Of a stretch of DNA of 40,285 bases, positions 15,682 to 24,711 are shown piece after piece. Made by a program: the position numbers and the translations under genes. The stretch is from contig DFCM01000137.1 of the NCBI GenBank assembly GCA_002366995.1, positions 1-40,285 on the forward strand, written 5' to 3'. The notes below the pieces were generated by a model that saw only the letters and a program-made list of their open reading frames with translations, did no database searches and was not told where the DNA came from. Within the stretch, counting starts at the first letter, position 1. Every line of letters begins with the position of its first letter. This DNA is from a bacterium UBP3_UBA3054. GTDB taxonomy: Bacteria > Auribacterota > UBA3054.

Positions 15682-16517
15682 GGCAGCAGCTCCTCGGTGT
15701 AATTATTTATCAAATGCGTTTTGGTATAGCGGTTTCCAATCTCCAGCCAGCGCAGGACTAGCTTCCTGTGGCGGCGGAACTCGACTTCCTTGTATTCGTT
15801 GGTCAGGATGCCGGCCAAGCGCACGGCAGTTTCCATATCGCCTGACCTTAAGGCGCAGACGCTCCCCAAGAAAAGGCAGTCCGCCCCGACTTTCCTTTCC
15901 AACGCGAAGAAAAGATGCGGCGGAAGAAGGTAAAAGAGCGCGTTCCTATAGTCCTCCTCCCGGTGCAGGATCCGGCCCATATAGTAATGCCAGAGCGCCG
16001 CCGCTTCGTCTCCTCCAGCCTCCCAAGCATACTTTTCCAAAAACGCCCTGGCTTTTTTGTGATCTCCTGTCTTCCAGTGGCAGATTCCCAGATACAATCC
16101 CGCCATTTCGTCATGACTCTTTAAAAAATAGCGCTTGGCTTCCTGATAGCGAGAGCAGTTGAAAAGCAGTTTCCCGTAGACGAAATACGGCGCCTCCGCT
16201 CCGCCCGGCCAGCTTTCGGCCCAGGAATAAAGCTCCCACAATTCATGCCCCCTTTCCAGCGCCCGCTTTTGTTTCGGCCCTCTGCGGTAAACCATTTCCG
16301 AAAGCTCACGAAGCTCTACCGGATCGCTTAGCCTCAATTTCGTCACCTGCTCCTTTTTCGCCCGACACTTCATAAGGGATCCGTCCTTGGCGTAGCGCTC
16401 GTAGACGATCGCGTTCTCTTCGTGCTCCAGCAATCTTCCGCTGAAGCTCTGCCCGGACTGCAGCGTCAGTCTGATAGGCAGAAGCACTGACAAAAATAAA
16501 AGGCATTTTCTTTTCAT
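15678..16517 (-). CDS. Secreted helical-repeat (TPR-like) protein, 279 aa
   Basis: I start it at MKRKCLLFLSVLLPIRL, the ATG at 16515-16517, which forms an ATGA overlap with the upstream stop. The helical repeats are rich in Y/W/A/L (YQEAKRYFLKS, HKKARAFLEKY). The 14-aa longer track ORF was rejected. Confidence 0.65.
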   Translation of the reverse strand: MKRKCLLFLSVLLPIRLTLQSGQSFSGRLLEHEENAIVYERYAKDGSLMKCRAKKEQVTKLRLSDPVELRELSEMVYRRGPKQKRALERGHELWELYSWAESWPGGAEAPYFVYGKLLFNCSRYQEAKRYFLKSHDEMAGLYLGICHWKTGDHKKARAFLEKYAWEAGGDEAAALWHYYMGRILHREEDYRNALFYLLPPHLFFALERKVGADCLFLGSVCALRSGDMETAVRLAGILTNEYKEVEFRRHRKLVLRWLEIGNRYTKTHLINNYTEELLP

Positions 16518-19003
16518 AAATACCCTTTCTCCTTGGCTTCCTTTTCCGTCGCGGCCCAATCGTTCGTCCTTCCCAGCGCCCGAAAGCAGAGAATGCTCTT
16601 CTCATAGGCTTTCCCAACTTCAGCCTTTTCCCCCTGGTACATGACGTAAACGCGCTGGTAATAGCCGAGCGCTTCGCCGTATTTTTTCTCCAGGAAATAG
16701 CAGTCTCCCGCCAGCAGAAGCAAAGCGGCTTTCTTTTCCGGCGCCAATCCTTTTTGCCCCAAAAGCGCGAGAAACTTCTGAAGCGCATCTTCTCTTTTGC
16801 CCTGCTTGAAAAGCGCAAGCCCTGAAAGCTCGTCCCTGCGGAAAATATCCTCCAGGCGCTGGAAGGAATCTTCGCCTTCCTCCAAATACGTTTCCATCTC
16901 CCGATAGCGCTCCTTGCCAAGACTTGTCTCAGCCAAAAAGAGCCAGCCCTCGGAGGCCGCCGGATCTTTTGGGAACTCTTCCGTCAAAAATTCCGCCAGT
17001 TCCTCCGCCTCCTTCCCCTTCTTTTCCTCCGACAGGATGAGCCGGCGCCTTAAACCCTCCGGCCCCAGGGAACGAAACTTAAGTTTAACCAGCTTCGCGT
17101 CGTCCTTTAAAAACAGGCAGGCTTTGGAAAAAGCTCCGGTCCGGCCTCTTTCCAATTCTAATTGCGCTTCCTTCCTGAGCGCTTCCTTGTACTCCGATGC
17201 GTCAACCGCTAACTTAAGCCCAACTTCCAGCGCGCTCAGCGCTTCCCGCTCAACTATGTCGTCTTTCGTCTTCAGCCAGAGTTTGCGCGCCGCAACTCTG
17301 CCTTTTTCCGTTTCACCCATAAGCTTGCAGGCCTCCAGATAATTCTGCAGCGCCTCGCCCCTGAAACCCGGCGTTCCCTCCGACAGCAGGTACGGTTCCA
17401 GCAATTCCATTTCCAGCCGGGGCCTTCCCAGGACCTTGTAGATCTCCGCGGCTTTCAAAAGCGCGTAGCAGGCGAAATTGTCCGGCCGCTCATCGCCCTC
17501 GGGCAGATTCTCCCTGTAGGCCGCGAGCGCTTCCGCAAGCTCCCCCAGAGCGCCCAGGGCGTCGCCTAAGGTGTTCTTCACCTCTTTAGCGTTATCGTAC
17601 TCGGGGTAGCGCTCCAAGACCGCTCTTAGGGCCTTCTGGGCCCCCAAATAGTCCTCCGCCCGGTAGAGTATGGCCGCCAGACGGAACTCCACGTCCGCCA
17701 AATGAGTGTTCTTGGGATATTTCTTCTTGAAAGCAGAGAATGTTTCCCGCGCCGTTTCGTCCAACCCTTGGTAATATTCCAGCATGCCTTTCCAATACGT
17801 CGCCTCGCCCGACAGCTTGTGCTCTTCCCCAAATTCCGCCAGCCATTTCTCCATTTCCCCTAAAGCCGCCTTCTCCTCCCCCATGAAACCCAGGGCGCAG
17901 GCGGCGTAAAGTTTTGCCTCGCCCAGCAAAGAGGATCCCTTATATTTTTCCGCGTAGGCCAAAAAACGCTCCCGCGCCCGCAAATATTCCCCCGAGCGCA
18001 TGGCGCCCTGAGCCGGCAGCAACGCCAGCGCTTCCGTTTCATCGTCCTTCAGCTTTTCTTTTAACAGCTCCTCCACGCCCCTGTCCAGACGATCCAGGTA
18101 TCCGCCCTGCAGACAGGCGTAGCAGCCAAGTTTTCTTAAACCGACCTTCACGAAATCGTTGGTCGTTATCCTTATCCCTTCCTCGCAATAGACCGCGCAT
18201 TCGGGATAATACGAGGCGTCGTAGCAGGCCCTGGCCAATCTCGCCAGCCTCGCCTCTCCGCAGGAACTCTTGTCCGCCAGGCGGTAAGCGCTAAGCGCGC
18301 CCGCGAAATTATTGCTCATGTACATGACGTCACCCAGCCGCAGCGCCAAATAATGCCTCAGCGTTTCCGCTTCTTCCCTTTTGTTCAGCGCCAAGCCTTC
18401 CCGCAGATACGCAAGCGCCGGGTCCGCCTTCCCTGTTTCCAAAAGGCACCAGGCCAGATGCAGACTAGAGTGCGCCCGGAACTTCTTTTCGTCCTTCACC
18501 TCTTCCCAATAGGGCAGGGCCTCCTCGTAGCGCCCCGCCTTCGTCAGAGCCAGGGCCAAATTAGCTTTCACCTCCGCCGCCTCGCCAACGCCCTCAGACA
18601 AAAGCGCGCGGAAAACATCCGCGGCGGACACAAAACGCCCGAGCTCCATTTCCGCCAGGCCGAATCCGAAGCGCGCCTTCCCCGCTTCCGAAAAATCAGG
18701 ATAAGCCTTCCCGACTTTATCGAAAAGCTCCGCCGCGTCCTCGAACCGCCTGATCCTGTAGGCCGCCACGCCTCCGAAATAAGTCATGCGAGGAAAATAA
18801 TTCGACATCGCCTCCTCTTCCCCGTAGCGCTCCAAAAACGCCCGCGCCGCCAGAAAGGCGTTGGTCGCCTCTCCTCTTTTCAGCGAAACGTAAGTAAAAC
18901 GAAAAAGTCCCGCCGAGTCGAGATCGTCAAGCTCTCCCCCAAAAACAAGGCCGAGCCACAGGACACTTATTCCAATAGCGATAATAATTTTCTGACCGCG
19001 CAT
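16514..19003 (-). CDS. Large TPR-repeat protein (829 aa) with an N-terminal signal/anchor
   Basis: The N-terminus is MRGQKIIIAIGISVLWLGLVFG. Many TPR-like helix pairs follow throughout (AYRIRRFEDAAELFDKVGKAYP, GRYEEALPYWEEV, AILYRAEDYLGAQKALRAVLERYP and others). Confidence 0.8.
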   Translation of the reverse strand: MRGQKIIIAIGISVLWLGLVFGGELDDLDSAGLFRFTYVSLKRGEATNAFLAARAFLERYGEEEAMSNYFPRMTYFGGVAAYRIRRFEDAAELFDKVGKAYPDFSEAGKARFGFGLAEMELGRFVSAADVFRALLSEGVGEAAEVKANLALALTKAGRYEEALPYWEEVKDEKKFRAHSSLHLAWCLLETGKADPALAYLREGLALNKREEAETLRHYLALRLGDVMYMSNNFAGALSAYRLADKSSCGEARLARLARACYDASYYPECAVYCEEGIRITTNDFVKVGLRKLGCYACLQGGYLDRLDRGVEELLKEKLKDDETEALALLPAQGAMRSGEYLRARERFLAYAEKYKGSSLLGEAKLYAACALGFMGEEKAALGEMEKWLAEFGEEHKLSGEATYWKGMLEYYQGLDETARETFSAFKKKYPKNTHLADVEFRLAAILYRAEDYLGAQKALRAVLERYPEYDNAKEVKNTLGDALGALGELAEALAAYRENLPEGDERPDNFACYALLKAAEIYKVLGRPRLEMELLEPYLLSEGTPGFRGEALQNYLEACKLMGETEKGRVAARKLWLKTKDDIVEREALSALEVGLKLAVDASEYKEALRKEAQLELERGRTGAFSKACLFLKDDAKLVKLKFRSLGPEGLRRRLILSEEKKGKEAEELAEFLTEEFPKDPAASEGWLFLAETSLGKERYREMETYLEEGEDSFQRLEDIFRRDELSGLALFKQGKREDALQKFLALLGQKGLAPEKKAALLLLAGDCYFLEKKYGEALGYYQRVYVMYQGEKAEVGKAYEKSILCFRALGRTNDWAATEKEAKEKGYL

Positions 19004-19054
19004 ATATTGCTCCCAATATATAAGCGGTCGCGAAAACGAAAAAATTGCGTTAGC

Positions 19055-22000
19055 TTATTTAAAACGCCCTATGGTAAAGGAAAGCGAGTAACTGCGTGCG
19101 GTGTCGATTATGTCGCGCTGCATGGGCGGAGGTCCGCAGCTAGCGCCTCCCAATCCCCTGGTCTCGGCGTAGATCCCGAACTCCGTCTTCCCTGAAGGCG
19201 GTAATTCCGGCGGATGGGTGTATTCTATCAGTTCCAAAGGCGAATAAGGGTTGACGCAGATCGCGAAAGGCTTGCCCAAAGAAGCAAAGTTAAGCGCACC
19301 GCTTTCTGTCTTAAAAGTGATCTCCCGGACGTCCTCTCTGTTGCCGCTCTCCTGGTTGCGGGCGTAGGGGAAGTAGAAATCCTTCGCCTTCAGAGAATAG
19401 CGGCCCAAAAAGGCGCCGGACTTCCTGTCGCGGTAGTTCTCATAAGGCCCCGCACCGTAATATTCCACTTCCGGATCTTCGGTGTCCAAAACAAAATGAT
19501 AGCCGATCCTGGTGAGCTCGATTTTCGTTCCGGAGGGTTTTATCTCGCTTTCGCAAACAAGCTTTCCGTCTTCCCTGATCGTCCACTTGGTCGTGACCTC
19601 GAAGGAAATGTCGTTTAAAGCTTCGCCGCAATATACAAGCTCGGCCTTCACGCCTCCGTAATTATTGAGTTCCCAGCTGCTCCCTCCCCTCCAGCGAACC
19701 ACCGACTTGAAGGAAAAGCCGTCTTCTTCGCAGGAGGGTATAGAGATCGATCTCACCTCCGGTTTCGGTTCGATCAATCCCAGTTTTGCCAATTCCCGGC
19801 CCAAGCCTTCCTCGTTAGAGCTGGGCGCGCGGAAAACATCCAGCGTCATTGGCGCCTTAAGCCATTCTTTGTCCAGCTTTTCTCCGGTTCTAACGGACGA
19901 AAGGGTGCCGGTCCTCATACTGAACGCGTAGCGAACGCCCGGCCGGGTGAAAATATATTCCTCCGGGGAGAAAGTAAAGTCCAGCTTGTTTGTTTCCGAG
20001 TTTGGCAGTTTCGGCAAACCTTCGGCTTTGCGCGCGGGATAGTCGATCTGGTCCTCAGCCAGACAAACCAAGTCTTTCACGAATCTCACCCTAAGCGAGA
20101 CCTCGCCAGGTTTTTCCAAAAGATCTATAACCTCAGGCGGAACGTCCGTAATCTTCGTCTCGCCAGGACCCAGCGGCCCGTCCAACGTTAAGCTTCCCTC
20201 CGCTTCCTTCCGTCCATCCCGGAAAGCCGTCCAGACGTAGGCCACGCCCCGGTCGTCCACGAAATAGTTTTTGTTTTTCAGCGCGATCTTGCTTGGATCG
20301 TTCGTGGCGAAGGCCGCCCAGTTCTGAAACACGTGGCGGATCTCGTAATAGCCGGGCTCCTTTGTGCGGTCGGACAAAACGCAGCCGTTCATCACGAACT
20401 GCCCGTCGTTGGGATAATCGCCGAAATCGCCGCCGAAGGCAATAATGCGCTTCCCGTCCTTGTCCATGTAAAGCCCCTGGTCCACCCAGTCCCAAATAGT
20501 GGCGCCCATTATGACGTCCGAGCTTTCTATGGCGTCCTGGTAGTCCTTCAAATTCCCCATGGCGTTGCCCATGTTGTGGGCGTATTCGCAGATGTAGAAA
20601 GGCTTTTGGGCGTTGACGTCCGCGGCCTTCTTCCGCACCCAATCGACGCTGGGGTACATACAGCTTTCAAGGTCGGCGCAGGACCAGTCCCGCTCGTAGT
20701 GAACGGGACGCGTGGTGTCGCGTTTCTTGATGGCCGCGTAGGCCGCGGCGAAATTCTCGCCGGGTCCCGCTTCGTTGCCCATGCTCCAGATGATGACGGC
20801 GGGATGGTTCTTGTTCCTTTCCACCGCGGCCAGGTTGCGGTCCACCGTGGCCTTTTCCCATTCCTTGCAGTGCGAGAGCGAGCTTTCCCCGTAGCCGTAG
20901 CCGTGGGATTCCACGTTGGCTTCGTCCACAAGATAGATCCCGTTCACATCGCAAAGATAATACCAGTAGTCGTCCTGGGGATAGTGGGAATTGCGCACAC
21001 AGTTGCAGTTCGCGCCCTTTAGTTCGCGGATATCCAGTTCCTGCGTTTCAGGCGGCACGTAGTGCCCGTACATCGGGTGCGTCTCGTGGCGGTTCGCGCC
21101 TTTCAGTTTTATTTTCTTACCGTTCAGGCAATAACGCCCGTCCTTGATCTCGCTCACGCGGAAGCCAAACAAGGAAGAAACGAATTCAGCTCCGTTCCCC
21201 AGTACGATCTTGTAGCAGTTGGGCTCCTCCGCGCTCCAAAGCCGAGGCTTCTCAACCACGAAGCTTTTTTCTTTTCCGCTGTAAACAAGCTTGTCGTCAA
21301 AGGTGTACAAATAAACCGTCACGTCCGCGTCGCAATCGACCTTAACGCGCCAGTCGCCGGAAAACGCCCCTTCCTTAACGGGCGCGGCAGTCACGAAGAA
21401 ATCGCGGATCCTCTCTTTCGGCCGGCGCAGCAGCCAGGCGGAGCGGAAAATTCCCGAAAGCCGGAACATGTCCTGGTCCTCGAGATAGCTGCCGTCCGAA
21501 TAGCGGTACACTTCCAAAGCAACCACGTTGCTGCCCGGATGCACGAAGGGTGTCACGTTGAATTCCGCCGGAGAGCGGCTGTTCTTGGAGAAGCCGACGT
21601 ATTCTCCGTTCACCCAAAGATAGAAGAAACTGTCGACGCCGTCGAATTTGAGAAAAACATCATCTTTTTCCCAACCCTCAGGCAGATCGAAGTCGCGCCT
21701 GTAGCTTCCGACGGGATTGCGCGCGGAATAGTTGGTGTACTCTTTGGGCGGTTCCCCCATGACACACGATCCGCCCGGCCTGTCTATCGCAAAGGGATAG
21801 CGGATGTTCGTGTAGAGCGGCGTTCCCCAGCCGCCTTTCCCGTTGGCGCCCATGGCCTGCCAGGAGCAGGGTACCTTGATGACGGGCCACTCCGAAACGT
21901 CGTATTCCGGCTTGTAAAAATCCTTGGGCCTGGAATCAGGATCCTTGGCCCAGTTGAACCGCCAATCGCTGTCGGAATCCAAGCATAATTGCCGGTCGGA

Positions 22001-22189
22001 ACTGCGCGGTAAAATTTTGAGCGCTCCCTCCAGCGTGGAAAAAGATGAAAAAGACGCGCGGACCGCTTCCCTGCCAAAAGAAAGCGCTTGATTGTCCTGC
22101 CATTCGTCGCCGCGTGGCAACGAGCCTATAGTGGTTAGCGTGCTGATCATAACCGTGGTAAAGAATAAAGCTGCTCTCATGGAGAGCAT
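19055..22189 (-). CDS. lacZ: GH2 beta-galactosidase (LacZ-like), exported
   Basis: 1044 aa with IIWSMGNEAG (acid/base Glu) and YICEYAHNMGNAMG (nucleophile Glu), matching LacZ motifs IIWSLGNESG and CEYAHAMGNS. It has a C-terminal Bgal_small_N-like region and an N-terminal hydrophobic signal. Confidence 0.9.
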   Translation of the reverse strand: MLSMRAALFFTTVMISTLTTIGSLPRGDEWQDNQALSFGREAVRASFSSFSTLEGALKILPRSSDRQLCLDSDSDWRFNWAKDPDSRPKDFYKPEYDVSEWPVIKVPCSWQAMGANGKGGWGTPLYTNIRYPFAIDRPGGSCVMGEPPKEYTNYSARNPVGSYRRDFDLPEGWEKDDVFLKFDGVDSFFYLWVNGEYVGFSKNSRSPAEFNVTPFVHPGSNVVALEVYRYSDGSYLEDQDMFRLSGIFRSAWLLRRPKERIRDFFVTAAPVKEGAFSGDWRVKVDCDADVTVYLYTFDDKLVYSGKEKSFVVEKPRLWSAEEPNCYKIVLGNGAEFVSSLFGFRVSEIKDGRYCLNGKKIKLKGANRHETHPMYGHYVPPETQELDIRELKGANCNCVRNSHYPQDDYWYYLCDVNGIYLVDEANVESHGYGYGESSLSHCKEWEKATVDRNLAAVERNKNHPAVIIWSMGNEAGPGENFAAAYAAIKKRDTTRPVHYERDWSCADLESCMYPSVDWVRKKAADVNAQKPFYICEYAHNMGNAMGNLKDYQDAIESSDVIMGATIWDWVDQGLYMDKDGKRIIAFGGDFGDYPNDGQFVMNGCVLSDRTKEPGYYEIRHVFQNWAAFATNDPSKIALKNKNYFVDDRGVAYVWTAFRDGRKEAEGSLTLDGPLGPGETKITDVPPEVIDLLEKPGEVSLRVRFVKDLVCLAEDQIDYPARKAEGLPKLPNSETNKLDFTFSPEEYIFTRPGVRYAFSMRTGTLSSVRTGEKLDKEWLKAPMTLDVFRAPSSNEEGLGRELAKLGLIEPKPEVRSISIPSCEEDGFSFKSVVRWRGGSSWELNNYGGVKAELVYCGEALNDISFEVTTKWTIREDGKLVCESEIKPSGTKIELTRIGYHFVLDTEDPEVEYYGAGPYENYRDRKSGAFLGRYSLKAKDFYFPYARNQESGNREDVREITFKTESGALNFASLGKPFAICVNPYSPLELIEYTHPPELPPSGKTEFGIYAETRGLGGASCGPPPMQRDIIDTARSYSLSFTIGRFK

Positions 22190-22206
22190 TTTACCATACC
22201 TTTGAT

Positions 22207-22235
22207 TTGACTTTCAACCTAAGAAGTGCTAACAT
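22207..22235 (+). promoter_or_regulatory. Candidate sigma70 promoter for tRNA-Arg
   Basis: TTGACT (22207-22212), 17-nt spacer, TAACAT (22230-22235), about 20 nt upstream of the tRNA 5' end. Confidence 0.4.
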
Positions 22236-22256
22236 ATCTCGCACAAAATGAAAAAC

Positions 22257-22333
22257 GCGCCCGTGGCTCAATTGGATAGAGCGTTTGGCTACGGACCAGA
22301 AGGTTAGGGGTTCGAGTCCCTTCGGGCGTACCA
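22257..22333 (+). tRNA. tRNA-Arg (anticodon ACG)
   Basis: Cloverleaf folded by hand: acceptor GCGCCCG/CGGGCGT (G1-U72 wobble), D arm GCTC-AATTGGAT-AGAGC, anticodon stem TTTGG/CCAGA with loop CTACGGA, T arm AGGGG-TTCGAGT-CCCTT, and encoded CCA. It closely resembles E. coli tRNA-Arg(ACG). Confidence 0.9.
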
Positions 22334-22339
22334 TATTTT

Positions 22340-22369
22340 CCGCCGGAGTTTCCACTCCGGCGGTTTTTT
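22340..22369 (+). terminator. Rho-independent terminator after the tRNA
   Basis: CCGCCGGAG, loop TTTCCA, CTCCGGCGG, followed by TTTTTT. Confidence 0.8.
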
Positions 22370-22376
22370 ATTAAAA

Positions 22377-23543
22377 TTACCGGCTGCAGATCTCTTCCAC
22401 AGCGTTCACGAAGTGCTCCCGGCCTTCGCTGATCTTTAGGGCGACTTTCAAATAGTAGACAGGGGGCGGATCGAGTTCGACGCCGGCCCGCTTGGAGAAG
22501 CGGACCGCGTCTTTTTCCGTGATGAGAATGGCCTTGACTTCAAATTGTTTCGCGGTCTCGTAGATTTCCTCGATCTCGTAGCGTCTGAAGCGGTGGTGGT
22601 CGGGGAAGAAGCGCTTGCAAACGATGTTCGCGCCTTGAGTTTCCAATGTTTTGACAAAGCCTTCGGGCTGGGCGATGCCGGTCACGACCATAACTGGCAG
22701 ATCTTGCAGAAGCGACAGGGGGAAGCGGCTTTCCGTATGCACGCTAATCAATTCCGAGGGTTCGTAATAGCTCACGAGGATGTCGGCTTTCTCGTTGTAC
22801 TTTCTGATCTCCTCCACGAGCTCTTCTTTCTTTTCCGGCGTCAGGTCGCGGGCTTTCGTGATGAGGATGTGATCGGCTCTTTGCAGCTCTTCGATGGGCT
22901 CCCTGAGAAGACCGGCGGGAAGCATCCTTTCATAACCGAAGGGACAGTTGGCGTCGATCAGCACCACGTCTTTCTGGCGGCGCAGACGCATATGCTGCAT
23001 GCCGTCGTCGAGGATGATCGTGTCGACGCCGAATTCCCGCATGGCGTAGCGGGCGCCTCTCACTCTGTCGGGATCGGTTATGACAACGACGTTCTTAAGA
23101 TCCTGGGCAAGCATGTAGGGCTCGTCGCCGGCTATCCTGGGACTTAAGAGCAATTCTTTGCCGTCGCAGACGACCTTGGTCTTGTTGCTGAAATCTTTGT
23201 ATTTCCAACGGAAGCGCCAGCTGGGGGAATGCGATTTGTAGCCGCGGCTGACGATGGCCACTTTTCTGCCGCCTTTGCTGAGCGCGCGGGCCAGCTCCGC
23301 CACCACAGGCGTCTTGCCGGTGCCGCCGACGGTTATGTTGCCGACGCTGATGACGTAGCAGCCCGGCCAGTAGCGCTTCTTGTAGCCCTTTCTGTAAAGC
23401 CAGTTGCGGATGCCAATTATAACGCCGTAAACTTTTCCCAAGAGGATGAGAACGGGAAGAATGATATATTTCCGCCAGCTAGTGTCGCCGCCGGAAATAA
23501 GTCTTTTCCATTTCTGCTCTCTCGAGAGTTTGTTTTTTCTCAT
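22377..23543 (-). CDS. lpxK: Tetraacyldisaccharide 4'-kinase
   Basis: ISVGNITVGGTGKTPVVAELARAL...VAIVSRGY...DDGMQH motifs. The start forms an ATGA overlap with the coaB stop. Confidence 0.9.
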   Translation of the reverse strand: MRKNKLSREQKWKRLISGGDTSWRKYIILPVLILLGKVYGVIIGIRNWLYRKGYKKRYWPGCYVISVGNITVGGTGKTPVVAELARALSKGGRKVAIVSRGYKSHSPSWRFRWKYKDFSNKTKVVCDGKELLLSPRIAGDEPYMLAQDLKNVVVITDPDRVRGARYAMREFGVDTIILDDGMQHMRLRRQKDVVLIDANCPFGYERMLPAGLLREPIEELQRADHILITKARDLTPEKKEELVEEIRKYNEKADILVSYYEPSELISVHTESRFPLSLLQDLPVMVVTGIAQPEGFVKTLETQGANIVCKRFFPDHHRFRRYEIEEIYETAKQFEVKAILITEKDAVRFSKRAGVELDPPPVYYLKVALKISEGREHFVNAVEEICSR

Positions 23544-24184
23544 TTATTCTTGGCTTCCTGTTCCGCGAAATCTATGAGTTTTCTGGCGACGGATGCTTTG
23601 CTGATAAGGCCGAGGCGTTCCTTTTCCTTCTTGGGATAAAGGAAGGTGGCGTTCAGTTTTCCTACCGCGAAACCGGCCAAGGGCTTGGAGACGTCGTTGG
23701 CGACGATCATGTCGAGGCCCTTGACGAAGAGCTTTCTTTTGCCGGAGGCTTCGAGATCGTTGGTCTCCGCGGCGAAGCCGATGACGATCCTTTTCCCTTT
23801 GTCGGGGGAGAGGGATTTCAGGATGTCTTTCGTGCGGACTAATTCCAGGATCGATTTCTCGGCGATCTTGTGTTCCTTTTGCTTCAGGGTCTTGGCGGGC
23901 TTGAAATCGCTGACGGCCGCGGTCATGATAAGGACGTCGCAACTTGCGAATTCCTTTTTTATGGCTTGGTACATGTCCTCAGCGGAAACGACGGGGATGA
24001 ATCTGCAGCCCTTGGGCGGCCTTAAGTTGACGGGCCCGCTCACCAGAACGCACTCATAGCCGCGCTTTACCGCCTCTTTGGCGACGGCGAAACCCATTTT
24101 GCCGGAGCTGGGATTGGAAAGGAAGCGGACCGGGTCGATGTATTCCCTGGTCGGTCCCGCGCTGACTAAAAATTTCAAGGGCAT
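23540..24184 (-). CDS. coaB: Phosphopantothenate-cysteine ligase (stand-alone CoaB)
   Basis: I start it at [35 protein letters not shown], the ATG at 24182-24184. The Arg-rich 99-aa upstream extension in the track ORF overlaps coaC in another frame and was rejected. Confidence 0.85.
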   Translation of the reverse strand: MPLKFLVSAGPTREYIDPVRFLSNPSSGKMGFAVAKEAVKRGYECVLVSGPVNLRPPKGCRFIPVVSAEDMYQAIKKEFASCDVLIMTAAVSDFKPAKTLKQKEHKIAEKSILELVRTKDILKSLSPDKGKRIVIGFAAETNDLEASGKRKLFVKGLDMIVANDVSKPLAGFAVGKLNATFLYPKKEKERLGLISKASVARKLIDFAEQEAKNK

Positions 24185-24186
24185 GT

Positions 24187-24711
24187 TTATTTCTTGACGA
24201 TCTTCAAAATGTCTTCCAGAGGAGCGAGTCTGCCTAAGCCCGCTTTCCCGCAGGCCAGTTCTCCTTCCGTGGGATAAACGACTTCGACGCCTCGACTCTG
24301 CAGCTTTTGGATGTTTTCTTTTGTTGCGGGGGCTTCCCACATGCCGTCGTTCATGGCGGGGGCCACGATCTTTCTGCCCCTGTGGGCGAGCATGACGGAA
24401 CTGGGACCGTCGTCGGCAAAACCGTAGGCCATCTTGGCGATGAAATCGGCGGAGGCCGGCAGAACTATTGCCGTTTCGCAAAGCTCGGCCAAGGCTACGT
24501 GCTCGGGGCGCCAGTCAAGCGGCTGGGCGAACTGGTCGATGTAGACAGGATTCCTGGAGAGGGTCCTGAAAGTCACTTCGCCGACGAATTTCGTCGCGGC
24601 TTCCGTCATCGCCACATGCACGTTGAAGCCTTCCTTTATGAGAAGACGCGTGAATTCGCAGGCCTTGTAGGCCGCGATCGATCCTGTTACGACTAAAAGA
24701 ATGTCTTTCAT
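24187..24711 (-). CDS. coaC: Phosphopantothenoylcysteine decarboxylase flavoprotein (stand-alone CoaC)
   Basis: [43 protein letters not shown]...PAMNDGMW. The TAA stop lies 2 nt before the coaB ATG. Confidence 0.85.
   Translation of the reverse strand: MKDILLVVTGSIAAYKACEFTRLLIKEGFNVHVAMTEAATKFVGEVTFRTLSRNPVYIDQFAQPLDWRPEHVALAELCETAIVLPASADFIAKMAYGFADDGPSSVMLAHRGRKIVAPAMNDGMWEAPATKENIQKLQSRGVEVVYPTEGELACGKAGLGRLAPLEDILKIVKK

Noticed and set aside
22190-22376. tRNA-Arg as an integration hotspot (att site or genomic island boundary)
   Set aside because: No integrase, direct repeat of the tRNA 3' end or compositional break flanks it. The neighbours are lacZ and lpxK, and the downstream hairpin is an ordinary terminator.
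24185-24481. 99-aa Arg-rich N-terminal extension of the coaB ORF (track ORF 23540-24481)
   Set aside because: It overlaps coaC in a different frame and has a nonsense-like composition (R/H/S/G). CoaB homology begins exactly at the internal ATG (24182-24184).
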